Position numbers and translations under genes: made by a program. From positions 4,340 through 68,339 of IMG/VR virus record IMGVR_UViG_3300034068_000289: DNA of 64,000 bases; one strand, 5' to 3'. The notes beneath the pieces are model-generated. The model had not been told where the DNA came from. It worked only from the letters and a program-made list of their open reading frames with translations, and ran no database searches. Position 1 is the first letter of the stretch. Each line of letters opens with the position of its first letter. The stretch is from a virus. Shown piece after piece: positions 29,978 through 40,364 of this stretch.

Positions 29978-30885
29978 TAGATTATCCCTGGTTTTAGAAT
30001 AGTATTTGAATACTTATCTAAGATCTTATCTACCAACATATTACCAGTTCCGTTAAATACAGCCTTGTCAAATTGGATTGTAAACTGATCTGTGTTGTAT
30101 GATGTTACATATCTCTTGTAATAATCTAACTTACCACATTTAATGTCTTCAATAAGTGCTCTTGTTGCAATTTCTACATCTGATGGGATAGTCTTATATC
30201 CTGCATCAACAACAAATGTGTAGTCACAGCCTGCTGGAAATGCTACTGACTCATATCCAAAATAACCAAGATCTCCTCTTGAAATTGGAAGACTTGGCAT
30301 TGCATTTTCTGAACGATTCCATGCCCCACTTACAACTCTCTGCACTGCCGAGTTGTCCATTGTAATCATATAGTCATGCAGGTTGGTCAATGGAGTGTCT
30401 ACGTTATAAACTAAAACGTTGTCCTCGTATACCTTTAAAATTTTATTTGTTTCATTCCATAGTGGGAAGTAATCTGTTCCTTGACCCACTGCCTGTATTA
30501 CCTTCTTGTGATTGTAAAATCCATTTGGAATAATTGTATCAATAATTGCTCTAGCAAGAAGTTCGTGCATTCTGTATTCCGCAACTTCTGAAGCAGTGTC
30601 GCCAATCTTATTTGCATTAACGTAAGGCCTAATGATATCTAAGTTTTCTTCATGTAAGATATTTACACGTGCTGTATCATAAAATTTAATATAAAACTTT
30701 CTGTCAAAACTTACTTTGTCTGCTGGCAGAACATATGTAACAATGCCGTTAGCGTTTGACTGAACTGTAGTTTCTACTACTGAGTGGTCCACCAAATCCT
30801 CAACCGACTGAACGTACGTATAGTTGGCTATAGGTAGTGTCCAGGTAGTTGTAATAGGATAAGGTGGAACTCTCATTACCTCCAT
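29977..30885 (-). CDS. Head-tail adaptor protein
   Basis: AGY..IPSDV..AT..LI and VD.IL.KY patterns. Confidence 0.65.
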   Translation of the reverse strand: MEVMRVPPYPITTTWTLPIANYTYVQSVEDLVDHSVVETTVQSNANGIVTYVLPADKVSFDRKFYIKFYDTARVNILHEENLDIIRPYVNANKIGDTASEVAEYRMHELLARAIIDTIIPNGFYNHKKVIQAVGQGTDYFPLWNETNKILKVYEDNVLVYNVDTPLTNLHDYMITMDNSAVQRVVSGAWNRSENAMPSLPISRGDLGYFGYESVAFPAGCDYTFVVDAGYKTIPSDVEIATRALIEDIKCGKLDYYKRYVTSYNTDQFTIQFDKAVFNGTGNMLVDKILDKYSNTILKPGII

Positions 30886-30888
30886 GAA

Positions 30889-31443
30889 TTAGTTACCGAA
30901 TTCCTTCGCAACTTCTTCTGGTGTAGCAATTCTGCAGTGATCCCTTGTTAACCAAGCCTCTGCTGCCTTTGGAGAAAGAATGTTGTATCCATTATAGACT
31001 TTGCCAAATTCTCCCCATGATGCGTTTCTTGTAGAAAATACTGCAACTTTGTCTGATGACAATGGTGCTGATGGTGCAGCAGGTGCTGCGTGAACTTCTT
31101 GCTCAACAGGTGCAGTTGATCCTAAAACTCCATTATTGTCATAGCCTAGTGATGGCTGTAGAGCAACTTCTGGTGCCTCTGGTGAATCGATAACATCGTT
31201 GTCTGATCCTGGCTCTCCTGGATGAATATAAACAAAAGGTTCTGGATCTTTCCACTGTGGTGCGTCTTCAAGTTCAAGTATTTCTACATCGTTGATTTCA
31301 TCAGCAAATGCCTGATCTTCTTCGGTCATTGCTGGTTCTGGTGGTTCTGGTACTTCTAAAACTTCTGGGTTTTCTTCAACAATAGAAGATAGTTCTTCTT
31401 CTGAAAATGTTCCAGCAATTTCGTTATTTAGTTCTTCTGACAT
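30889..31443 (-). CDS. Acidic Pro/Glu-rich protein following the capsid gene
   Basis: Disordered acidic N-terminus with a compact C-terminal domain; GGAGG RBS. Confidence 0.65.
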   Translation of the reverse strand: MSEELNNEIAGTFSEEELSSIVEENPEVLEVPEPPEPAMTEEDQAFADEINDVEILELEDAPQWKDPEPFVYIHPGEPGSDNDVIDSPEAPEVALQPSLGYDNNGVLGSTAPVEQEVHAAPAAPSAPLSSDKVAVFSTRNASWGEFGKVYNGYNILSPKAAEAWLTRDHCRIATPEEVAKEFGN

Positions 31444-31496
31444 AAGTATGTCCTCCTTGTAGTGTTAATTGTATTATATCATTATAAAGTTAATAA

Positions 31497-31526
31497 GGGG
31501 GACAGGAGAGTGAACTCCCGCCCCCC
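31497..31526 (-). terminator. Hairpin terminator after the major capsid gene
   Basis: GC-rich stem (GGGGGCGGGAG...CTCCTGTCCCCC) followed by TTATT. Confidence 0.7.
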
Positions 31527-31547
31527 ATTAAAGGTACTGTTTACAGA

Positions 31548-32687
31548 TTATGCGTCTGCAGCAGCGTCAGCGAATGCAATTGCATCCTCTTCTTCCCATT
31601 GAATACCAAAGCGGACGAATACTGTGTATTCAATTGTGTCCTTCTTTGCTACGTATTCACGGTTTACAGTGATGTCACGTTGCATACCCCATACACGGTT
31701 GGCAGGGAATGTCAAATCGATATATCCTGCTGGGTAGTAAGGGACTTCCTGAACTTCAATTCCAAGAACACGAGTTGTACGTGCTCCACCGAATGTCTGT
31801 CCAAGTCCGTCTAGATAGTTCTGACGGTTTGCTTGTGTGCTTCCTGGCATACGACCAGAGAATGCTTCTGCAACTGCATCTGCAAGGGTACCGTTATTCT
31901 TAACGATTCCTCCGAATGCATCTGTACCTGCGTAGAACTTAAGATTGTTCTTAAGTGCACGGTACTTACGTGGCATTGCATTGATGATTCCCTGCATAAC
32001 TTCAGGTGTCCAAGCATTATCTGCTACGGTTACAACTGATTCATGTGCGAATCCATTAGTCTTGGTCTTCTTTACGAAACCAGTCATGATGTTAAGGAAT
32101 GGGGATGTTGAACCATCACCATTAATAGCCAAGTCTTCGATATCATTTGCAAACGCATTTGTCATCAAACGTACTAGGTGATCCTCAAGAGCATCTCCTT
32201 CTACGCCATCTTCAAGTGCTTCAGCAGAAACTTCCCAGTCAAGACGAATCTTCTTTGTAGTTAATTCGACCTTTGAGAATGTTGCTCCTGTGTTTGTATA
32301 TGTGCCGTCTGCTTGTGCTGCTGAACGAATTACACGCTCTCCTACGTTTACTTTTTCAAGTTCCATAGTATTTGCTCGCATTGTGACCTTACGGCCATCA
32401 TTTGCAAGTACAGTTGCATCCCAAACATAGTCAATAAAACGACGTGCCTGTTCAGGGCGCAAAATTCCAGATGCTGCAGTAGTCCCAGAAGGGTTTACGG
32501 CATTGGAACCAGATGATGAACCGATGGTTGCTACTGGGGTATTACCCAATGTGCTTGCACCTGGGTTAGAAACTCCACCAATACCACCTGACGCAAATGC
32601 GCCTTGGCCTTGATAAAGTCCTGGGGCAGTTCCGCCCACGTTACCAGATGTACCTGGTTGATTCTTTTCTATATTTTGTTCCGACAT
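31548..32687 (-). CDS. Major capsid protein (HK97 fold)
   Basis: GILRPEQARRFID, ELTTKK.RL.WEVS.EALED, EDLAINGDG, YTVF.R; follows the protease. Confidence 0.9.
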   Translation of the reverse strand: MSEQNIEKNQPGTSGNVGGTAPGLYQGQGAFASGGIGGVSNPGASTLGNTPVATIGSSSGSNAVNPSGTTAASGILRPEQARRFIDYVWDATVLANDGRKVTMRANTMELEKVNVGERVIRSAAQADGTYTNTGATFSKVELTTKKIRLDWEVSAEALEDGVEGDALEDHLVRLMTNAFANDIEDLAINGDGSTSPFLNIMTGFVKKTKTNGFAHESVVTVADNAWTPEVMQGIINAMPRKYRALKNNLKFYAGTDAFGGIVKNNGTLADAVAEAFSGRMPGSTQANRQNYLDGLGQTFGGARTTRVLGIEVQEVPYYPAGYIDLTFPANRVWGMQRDITVNREYVAKKDTIEYTVFVRFGIQWEEEDAIAFADAAADA

Positions 32688-32711
32688 AATATTTCACCTC
32701 CAAGTGACTTT

Positions 32712-34055
32712 TTACTTAAATAGATCGGTTGTTTTGAGGAAACTCCCGCCCCATAGGGATTTTTCAACCATTTCAGGCTGATCCTGTACAATCTCTCCGA
32801 GATCGCCAGACTTTCGGAAAGCAGTATCTTGCTCTACAAGTTCTACACGCTTACCAAATTCATTAAATACATTTGTTGCTGATGCAATATCTTTTGCAAC
32901 TGCTTCAAATGAGTTTTGCGCTACTTCAATATCAACCTTTGTAGACTTTAAAAGTTCTACTTCTGATTGTAATGATTTAACTATTTCTACTAGATCGCTA
33001 AAGGCTTTTTCAAGACCGTCATTGGTTTCTGTAACTGCTTCTGCGATTGCTTCTGCAACTACATCATCTGACTTAGATACATCTGCGTCTGTGTCTGCTA
33101 CCTTTTCAATTTCTTCTACAACTGCTTCGTCTGACTTAACAACATCTGCTGTTTCTGTCTCTTCTGCCTTTGCAATTACTTCGGTAACTTCTTCAACCAC
33201 GGCATCTGCCTCTGGAGCGACCTCTGACTTTGTTACTTCTACTAGTGCTTCTGTTTCAATAACTTCTGCAACTGTTTCTGTCTTTTTTGTCATAGGTTGT
33301 ACCTCCTTGTTAATCTTAGAAGTATTAATGCCTTTAGCACTATCAACTAAGAATTTTATCATTGTTACTTTTTCGTTATCCGTTTTTTCAACGAATCCTA
33401 TGTTTTCCATCTGGCTTCCTGTTGTTGGGCTTAACTCATTTTCATTTTCAGAAACCATAACGATACCAGATTCTTTATCATAAAAAACATTCTCTAATAC
33501 TGTTTCATCTGCTTTAATAACATCTAGTCCGTCAACTTTTTCTACAGACATAATGTTTGCAAACTGATTTGCTGGTGAATCAACAAGACTCAACTCTACC
33601 AAATCATATTGCTTAATAATTCTAATTGCTTTATCTGACTTCTCGTCATAACCATCATCCCACTTGTTCATTCTTCCGCCAATTGAAAAACCTTGAAGTG
33701 TCCCATCAAGTACCTTTTCCCAAGTATCTTGTGCACCCTTTGAAACATATGCAGATACATATACTCCATTATAAAATTTCTTTGTTTCTGGATCAAAATA
33801 CTTATCTGCTTTAAATGAAATCATTTTTCCTACTGCTAGTGGCTGATGCATTTCTCTAATGTTCCCACGGAATTTTGCAAATGCCTCCATTGATGCTTCT
33901 GCTGTTACAATGTCGTCTTGCTTGTCAATATTATCAAGTGATGCAAACCCAGAAACGGTTCTTCTATTCTCATCAACTTTTGAGAATGGCATCGAGAGAC
34001 GCAAATTTTCCCCATCTGAATTCCAATGGGCTTTGGATATATTGTTCACCATCAT
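32712..34055 (-). CDS. Prohead protease fused to an acidic scaffold
   Basis: D.QDD, REMH, GFSIGG, ELSLVDSPAN; long Glu/Val-rich C-terminus. Confidence 0.9.
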   Translation of the reverse strand: MMVNNISKAHWNSDGENLRLSMPFSKVDENRRTVSGFASLDNIDKQDDIVTAEASMEAFAKFRGNIREMHQPLAVGKMISFKADKYFDPETKKFYNGVYVSAYVSKGAQDTWEKVLDGTLQGFSIGGRMNKWDDGYDEKSDKAIRIIKQYDLVELSLVDSPANQFANIMSVEKVDGLDVIKADETVLENVFYDKESGIVMVSENENELSPTTGSQMENIGFVEKTDNEKVTMIKFLVDSAKGINTSKINKEVQPMTKKTETVAEVIETEALVEVTKSEVAPEADAVVEEVTEVIAKAEETETADVVKSDEAVVEEIEKVADTDADVSKSDDVVAEAIAEAVTETNDGLEKAFSDLVEIVKSLQSEVELLKSTKVDIEVAQNSFEAVAKDIASATNVFNEFGKRVELVEQDTAFRKSGDLGEIVQDQPEMVEKSLWGGSFLKTTDLFK

Positions 34056-34083
34056 ATTATAAACCCCTTTTATTCATATCTCA

Positions 34084-35700
34084 CTATTCGGACAATTCAG
34101 ACAGTTCAACTAAATCATCAAACTTTCTTCCTTGTCCTTTCGGGTTACGACCAGCAACCGTAGTAGTGCTATCAGAATTATTGTTTACTCTTTCAGCATC
34201 TCTAGCCCTATTGGCTGTTGCATCTGCTGCTTGCTGAGGTTTTAGATCTAATGGCTCATCGCCACCTTCTCTTTGTGGCATGCCCAGAATAGAACGTGCT
34301 TCGTTTGGCGTCATGACCTGATTTTTTACATATCTTTCAAGGATTTGAGACTGAGTGATCTCATCAGTAAGCGTCAACTCATTAAATTTAAACTCAAGAA
34401 TATCTGTTTTTTCTCTAACTACCTTATTAATCATCTTTTCAAGTTGTGCTTGTGCTGGTCTTGCAACTTGTTCTTTAAATGTTCTATCTTGTGCTAGCGC
34501 TGCTGCGATTGCTGACGAGTCTGACCCGCCCAACTTAGAAAGTGGAACCTGGTGTGCAACAAGGATGTCATCACGGTTTTGCTTGCGATACTCTTTAAAT
34601 GATCCTTCTTGAATTCCAGCCTCAATTGGCTCCATCTTGAATTCAACCTTATTTGTATCGGAATCTGGAGGAAGTGGGATATATAGAGTTCTATGAGACT
34701 GCCCCTTAAGGCCTGTCTGTAAGAATCTAAACATCTTATCTTCTGCATCTGCAGACAACTTTGCACCCTTTAATGTTACAACATATCTAGGAACAGCCTT
34801 GTTTGAGAAGTAATCAATATTGTATTGTGAAGCCAACTGATCACCAATAAGTGATGAGATTGCTGACATAATATCTGGAACCCCATAGAATGTGTTTAAT
34901 GGGGAGTATTGCTTGAAGTGTATAATTTCGTTTGGTCTTGGATCATCAGTTACCATGTTTTGATTTTTTGCCCCAAAGTTTTTAAAATAAACTGTTTTAT
35001 TTCCAATGATCTGGATGTATCCATCTTTCAGCCTTCTTACTCTAATTGTAGTTGCTGGTATGTGACCTACGTACCCAATATCTCCACGTGTTGTTCTTCC
35101 AATTTCAAGATATCCATTTCCAATTGACTGAACATCTGTGTAAACCTTTTCCATTGTTCCTGTAAAAGAGTCATCATCGTTTAAAGATTCTAGCCAATCT
35201 CTCATTTCAATTTTTGCTCTTTCAATTCTCTTTCTTGCACGACCAGTTGCTTCTGAATCTGTTGATGCTTCAAGTTTTAACATTGTTCTTGGAGAAACCT
35301 TAAAGTCATACCCAAGCCCTACAATATTTTCAACCTTTGCATCGATTGCTGCATGGTTTGCAAAAGATGTGTCGTAATAGTTTGCTAACTCGTAAACGTT
35401 CCATGGTGGAGTGATAACGTCAAAAAGTCCATAGGCATTTCTAAATACGTGCCCTGGGTTTATCTCTTTTGACTTAGCGCCATTAACGCCAACTTTTCCA
35501 GAACCAGAATCTTCTAAATAAGAATCTGTAACTTCTGTTTTTGATAGTCTGGCTGCTCTTCGTTTAAAATTATTTGATAGACCCGACAATGTTTTAAGAT
35601 CATCCCATGATTTATTAAATGGATCACTTGCCACAAAAGCATTTCTTTCATCTTGAATTTGGTCAATTCTTGCACCAACTAGAATATCGTCGTTATCCAT
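34084..35700 (-). CDS. Portal protein
   Basis: GNGYLEI, EIIHFK, YGVP, YF.N.AVP, MTPNEARS.LG. Confidence 0.92.
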   Translation of the reverse strand: MDNDDILVGARIDQIQDERNAFVASDPFNKSWDDLKTLSGLSNNFKRRAARLSKTEVTDSYLEDSGSGKVGVNGAKSKEINPGHVFRNAYGLFDVITPPWNVYELANYYDTSFANHAAIDAKVENIVGLGYDFKVSPRTMLKLEASTDSEATGRARKRIERAKIEMRDWLESLNDDDSFTGTMEKVYTDVQSIGNGYLEIGRTTRGDIGYVGHIPATTIRVRRLKDGYIQIIGNKTVYFKNFGAKNQNMVTDDPRPNEIIHFKQYSPLNTFYGVPDIMSAISSLIGDQLASQYNIDYFSNKAVPRYVVTLKGAKLSADAEDKMFRFLQTGLKGQSHRTLYIPLPPDSDTNKVEFKMEPIEAGIQEGSFKEYRKQNRDDILVAHQVPLSKLGGSDSSAIAAALAQDRTFKEQVARPAQAQLEKMINKVVREKTDILEFKFNELTLTDEITQSQILERYVKNQVMTPNEARSILGMPQREGGDEPLDLKPQQAADATANRARDAERVNNNSDSTTTVAGRNPKGQGRKFDDLVELSELSE

Positions 35701-36092
35701 TATTCCTCATCCCCATAGAGAGCAATTGTATCTTTTGCTGCTTGGACTGCGCCAAGGTCATTCATTGATGGAATAAGTCCAGACTTAAAGCGATCAACTT
35801 GTTCTGAATATTCTTCTTCTGAAACTCTTGTTAAACCTGGAACAAATACTGCTGTTCCTTGTCCGTCATCCCCATAGTGCATTGCTGCTTTCTTTAACTC
35901 GGAGATTCTGCCTATGTCGTTTTTCATTGCTGGTATGTTTAGAACAGAGCCAGTGCCATCTGTAAACCACTTACCATCAGACTTTTTATATACGTATAGA
36001 CCCCAGTCATACATCTTATCAATGACTTGTCGTCTTACATTCTTTACTATTGGCTCGCCAGTTTCGGGGTTAATTAATGAATCCATAACCAT
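35700..36092 (-). CDS. Hypothetical protein
   Basis: 130-aa ORF coupled to the portal; own extended -10. Confidence 0.7.
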   Translation of the reverse strand: MVMDSLINPETGEPIVKNVRRQVIDKMYDWGLYVYKKSDGKWFTDGTGSVLNIPAMKNDIGRISELKKAAMHYGDDGQGTAVFVPGLTRVSEEEYSEQVDRFKSGLIPSMNDLGAVQAAKDTIALYGDEE

Positions 36093-36104
36093 TAGTATAC
36101 CATA

Positions 36105-39100
36105 TTACGTAGAAGTCTGTACTCCTTGTTGCCATCTAACGTCCGAGTTTACAGAATATTGATATTTTCCTACAATTAATGGCAAAGAGTCATCAATAAC
36201 AAACCTATTTGTACCGATAAATGTCTTATAGAGTGTTTCTGGGTCTACACCGTAAAGGCTTGTCGTAGCAACAACCAAGACTTCATCCCAATTAAAATCT
36301 AGGTCCCAGAAGGTCCACTCGTAAAGATCTTCTGGATCATTAGTAACCTTGACTCTAAACCAGGGTCTGGTCTGCAAGTCTCTAACTTCTGAAAGCCTAC
36401 TTGCATCGTACAGGGATATATTGTTAATTGTTACTGGACCAGATACTGAAAACTTTCCATTTATGCTGTTTAAATTTAAAAGGTCTGAAAAATAAATCCC
36501 CAGCATGTCCCAGTGTCCAGCCTGAATTACTGGTTCACGACTAACTGTTCCGTTAACATAAAAAGCAATTCCACTTTCTACAATTCCTGTAGCAGCATTT
36601 ACTGCATAAAGTTTTGCACGTTTCCCATCTGAAGTATTTGCAACTAAGAATATATCTATAAACCTAGTACCATTGTCAAAACTTAAGATCTTGACTGGAG
36701 AAAATGGGAAAAATTCATAGTCATATCTTAGTGAAAATTGTGCTGCCATTAGGTTATATGTAGATGATTTAGATGCATTAATTGGTATTGCAATTCCTCT
36801 GTCAACCCCGCTTTTAAAATCACCCTTTATAGAGATTCCGCTATCTCTTGTTAAGTATAAGTATGGGGTGCTCTTTTTATAAATGCTATACGGGTTTGCA
36901 GTTTTGTAATCATAATAAAGTCCAGATTTGGCGTATGGGTATATATCTACTCCAAATTTAGTTCCAACGGGATTAAATCCATCCTCGCTAAAAGATTGTG
37001 ATGAAAGTTGTAATTGCTTTATTGACATAGGAAGAGAAAGCATTGACCTTGTAATCATGTCAACTGAAATCGATATGGACATATCTTCAAAATTTACATC
37101 TGATGGAGGATAAATAATCATACCGTCAACTACTTCGTAGGCCGTGTTTATCCAGTTTGGCCCTGCAATAACTGTTCCATTTTTATTTGGTGCAACCTGA
37201 AGGTTATACGCAGAGTCTGGAGTCTGCCCAGCACTCTCTGTATATTCAAAGGTCACTCTAGTTCTTATAGGATTTTCTGATGTGTCATACGAATATGTTT
37301 TCTCAGATCTGTTTTTTAGGTCTAAATAATCATTATAGTTAGTATAAAGTTGATTATTTAAATAAGCATAACTGTTAAATTCTTCGCTACTATATGCCTG
37401 CTTTAAGTCCTCATACTTCCAAGACCCAAGGCTTTCTACTGTAACAAATTTGCTTGGAGAAGGAACGGAAATATTAAACTGTAAAAAATCAAGGTCATAA
37501 TATGAATCACCGTATGAGTCGTTTACGTATTTGCCAAAATAAGTTAGTGGCAAGGTGGTCTTCCAATATCCGTGGCACCCAATATCAATTTTAAAAAGAC
37601 CCATGAAATATTGCGGAAGCAAAGAATATGAACTTACTACTGACCCAATTCTTGAAGATACATAAGAAGATACATTTCCTCCATCTACCAGATTTGCCCA
37701 GAAAGCAGTGTTATAAAATTCTGCGTCATAGTCAGTCTCGCCCACATAGGGCCCTGATGTGTAGTCTGCAAAAACGTTTTCGTAATCTAGTGGAACACCC
37801 TTGTCTGAAAATCCATAAGATACTAGGTCTAGAGTATCTTTGTTTGCAAAATGAATTCCAAAGATTTTTCCACTAAAAGTATTTGTAAACTCTTTTGTTC
37901 CACCAACATACACTGACAGTGAAGCCCTGTTGCCAAATAATGTTGCTGCATCGCTTCCAAAAGCATCTCTAAATTTATCAATACTTATTCCAGCAATAAA
38001 GGGGGATCCAACAAGGACTCCTTCTGCAGAATAGGCTACTGAAATGTTTCCTCCATTTTTAAACTTATACTTTAACGACTCTCCAACTAACTCTAAAGAA
38101 AAATAATTACCGCTAGACGAGTCTTCAATCCTAATTAAAACCTGAGCCTGAGTTTTGTGTTCTGCAATCTTGAATACCCCATACACGGCCTCTGTTCTAT
38201 CTGTTAAAATGTTTAGTTTGTCAAAATGAATATATCCATTAGTGGATGCCCAATCAACTGAAGGCCTAATCGTTAAAAAATTTCCATCGTTGTCATTTTG
38301 GATTGTAGAGTTGGCAAGATAGAAATCATCATAACTTTTATTAGAAAAAACAAAATCTGGCAACCTATAGTTTGGCGTTGAAAGAGTGTTGTTTGTTATT
38401 GACAGGTTTGTAAAATATCCACTTGCCCAAGAGCCTTGATCTGGGTAAGAATAGTTATTTGTATATTTAGAAAATGGATAGTCAATTACGGTTGAAGTTC
38501 CTCCATATGAAGAATTTAAAATTTCTGGGTACTCCACTCCTTGACCATAAACGAATCTTCTTTTTGCAACTAGTGCTGGAACCTTATATGGATATATAGC
38601 AATTGCGTCAATATCAAACTGAGTTATCTCGCTGTATGAATAAAACCCAATCCAGTCATTATCAAAATAAGCGCTACCTATTTTTGAGGTTTTATCTGGA
38701 AAAGTAATTGTGTCAATGTCGATAGATATTGAAATAACCTCATCTCCATTAATTAACAAACTTGCATTATTTACGCCTACCCTTAAATCAATAAGCATAG
38801 GCCTGTACCACTCGTCTATTGCGTATGCCTGAGTGTAGTTGCCGACCCTTAAAATTAGATTATTTTTGTAGGAGTATAGGCCATCAGTTGAGGCTACTGG
38901 ACCGACAAGTCTTTTAGGTGTTGACGTATTGGCAAAAATTCTTAGCCAGAACTCTAAAGTTTTTTCTTCGTATTTGCCAGACTCGTTTAAAAATCCATAT
39001 CCTGGGAATATAAAAGAGGGCAGAGTATTGTCATTTGTAATGAGATGAGTCACATTTGATGATCCAAAAACTAGAGGAATTCCAGAATTTTGTGCAAGCA

Positions 39101-39812
39101 ACCTGTTGTTATTTACAAGATAGTACCCTGGAGAATTTTGTAATCCATATGACGGCGCTGCAATTGCATCGTGACCTGCTAACAATCTAACGGTTGATGG
39201 CACCTGAATCTTATTAACCCCTAAAGATTTTGCGCTAAACTCTTCATTCCATTGACCGACAGTTAAACCATTAACTAAAAACTTATAATCATTTGCTACT
39301 CCACCAGGAATATATGATACCTTTATGAATGGCCTAAAGTAGACATCTTGTCTTGGAATAATAAATGTGTCAGAAACATTTAGCCACTTTTTGCCTATGT
39401 TAACATTAAATACTTTAGAGACAGACTCCGTTGTTCCAGATGTAGAATCATAATACTCATAACCAATTTCAACGCTACTTAAATATGTGCTTGGAGAATA
39501 AACGTATGCGCCAATTGAGAATACTCTTAAATCTTGATCAAAATCTGTGAATTTAGCAAAGTCTGGGCTAACTGCTTTTATGTATGTCTTATCTGTTTGG
39601 CCATTTAAACTTGAAACAACACTGCTCTGAAATGGTTCATTTTCTGATGTACCCGCAGACCCTAGTCCATTTTCAATAGTCCAAAGATGAACAGACCTCT
39701 TTAATTCTGAATCAACAAAAGAAATATAGTCTGCTGTATCATCAAGCGACCACATTGCTGTTGGTTGCTCAGAATAAATTTTTTCTGCATAGATGTTTGA
39801 TGGGTTAGACAT
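36105..39812 (-). CDS. Large virion protein with LamG/ConA-like domains (1235 aa)
   Basis: P.A.WSLDD, TLEFW, L.INGDEV, IDAIAIY lectin-fold-like motifs. Confidence 0.6.
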   Translation of the reverse strand: MSNPSNIYAEKIYSEQPTAMWSLDDTADYISFVDSELKRSVHLWTIENGLGSAGTSENEPFQSSVVSSLNGQTDKTYIKAVSPDFAKFTDFDQDLRVFSIGAYVYSPSTYLSSVEIGYEYYDSTSGTTESVSKVFNVNIGKKWLNVSDTFIIPRQDVYFRPFIKVSYIPGGVANDYKFLVNGLTVGQWNEEFSAKSLGVNKIQVPSTVRLLAGHDAIAAPSYGLQNSPGYYLVNNNRLLAQNSGIPLVFGSSNVTHLITNDNTLPSFIFPGYGFLNESGKYEEKTLEFWLRIFANTSTPKRLVGPVASTDGLYSYKNNLILRVGNYTQAYAIDEWYRPMLIDLRVGVNNASLLINGDEVISISIDIDTITFPDKTSKIGSAYFDNDWIGFYSYSEITQFDIDAIAIYPYKVPALVAKRRFVYGQGVEYPEILNSSYGGTSTVIDYPFSKYTNNYSYPDQGSWASGYFTNLSITNNTLSTPNYRLPDFVFSNKSYDDFYLANSTIQNDNDGNFLTIRPSVDWASTNGYIHFDKLNILTDRTEAVYGVFKIAEHKTQAQVLIRIEDSSSGNYFSLELVGESLKYKFKNGGNISVAYSAEGVLVGSPFIAGISIDKFRDAFGSDAATLFGNRASLSVYVGGTKEFTNTFSGKIFGIHFANKDTLDLVSYGFSDKGVPLDYENVFADYTSGPYVGETDYDAEFYNTAFWANLVDGGNVSSYVSSRIGSVVSSYSLLPQYFMGLFKIDIGCHGYWKTTLPLTYFGKYVNDSYGDSYYDLDFLQFNISVPSPSKFVTVESLGSWKYEDLKQAYSSEEFNSYAYLNNQLYTNYNDYLDLKNRSEKTYSYDTSENPIRTRVTFEYTESAGQTPDSAYNLQVAPNKNGTVIAGPNWINTAYEVVDGMIIYPPSDVNFEDMSISISVDMITRSMLSLPMSIKQLQLSSQSFSEDGFNPVGTKFGVDIYPYAKSGLYYDYKTANPYSIYKKSTPYLYLTRDSGISIKGDFKSGVDRGIAIPINASKSSTYNLMAAQFSLRYDYEFFPFSPVKILSFDNGTRFIDIFLVANTSDGKRAKLYAVNAATGIVESGIAFYVNGTVSREPVIQAGHWDMLGIYFSDLLNLNSINGKFSVSGPVTINNISLYDASRLSEVRDLQTRPWFRVKVTNDPEDLYEWTFWDLDFNWDEVLVVATTSLYGVDPETLYKTFIGTNRFVIDDSLPLIVGKYQYSVNSDVRWQQGVQTST

Positions 39813-39833
39813 AGGTTCTCCTAGTCTATTTTA

Positions 39834-40364
39834 TCACACAATGCGGGTAAACCAGCGTGGTGTTGTGAACCTTGTTCCAGAAATAATTTCTTTTACTCCG
39901 TGAACATATCTAGGCTGATCTGGGAAACAGAGTAGATCTCCTGGTTCTGGCTTAATGGAGATTTGATAATCTGGAAAATAGATCTCTCCGCCTTCATAAT
40001 CATCATTTAAATATACAAGAGTTGCTATGTCGTTTGGTCTTGAAGAGTCAAAATGCTCATGCATTCCATGTCCTTCTTCAAATTTTGCAATATGTGTCTT
40101 GTGAGGATTGAAGGGTTCAAAAGATTCTCCATAGGTGCTCAATACATGACCATAAACCTTTAAAGCATAGTCTTGCATTAGTTCTAGGATTGACGCATCA
40201 TTTTCTTCAATTTCATGATATGTATAAACCTTAAATTCTTTCTCATTATTTCCATGCATTCTAAACCCATCAGGGAAAGTCTTTGCATGACTATAAATTT
40301 TTGCAGCATCATCTGCATTCATAAAACCTTTAACGTGATGTATCTGTGACACGTAGTCCTCCAT
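39834..40364 (-). CDS. Prolyl-4-hydroxylase-like 2OG-Fe(II) oxygenase
   Basis: HFD, YLNDDYEGGEIYF, PGDLLCFP, HGV, GTRF. Confidence 0.9.
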   Translation of the reverse strand: MEDYVSQIHHVKGFMNADDAAKIYSHAKTFPDGFRMHGNNEKEFKVYTYHEIEENDASILELMQDYALKVYGHVLSTYGESFEPFNPHKTHIAKFEEGHGMHEHFDSSRPNDIATLVYLNDDYEGGEIYFPDYQISIKPEPGDLLCFPDQPRYVHGVKEIISGTRFTTPRWFTRIV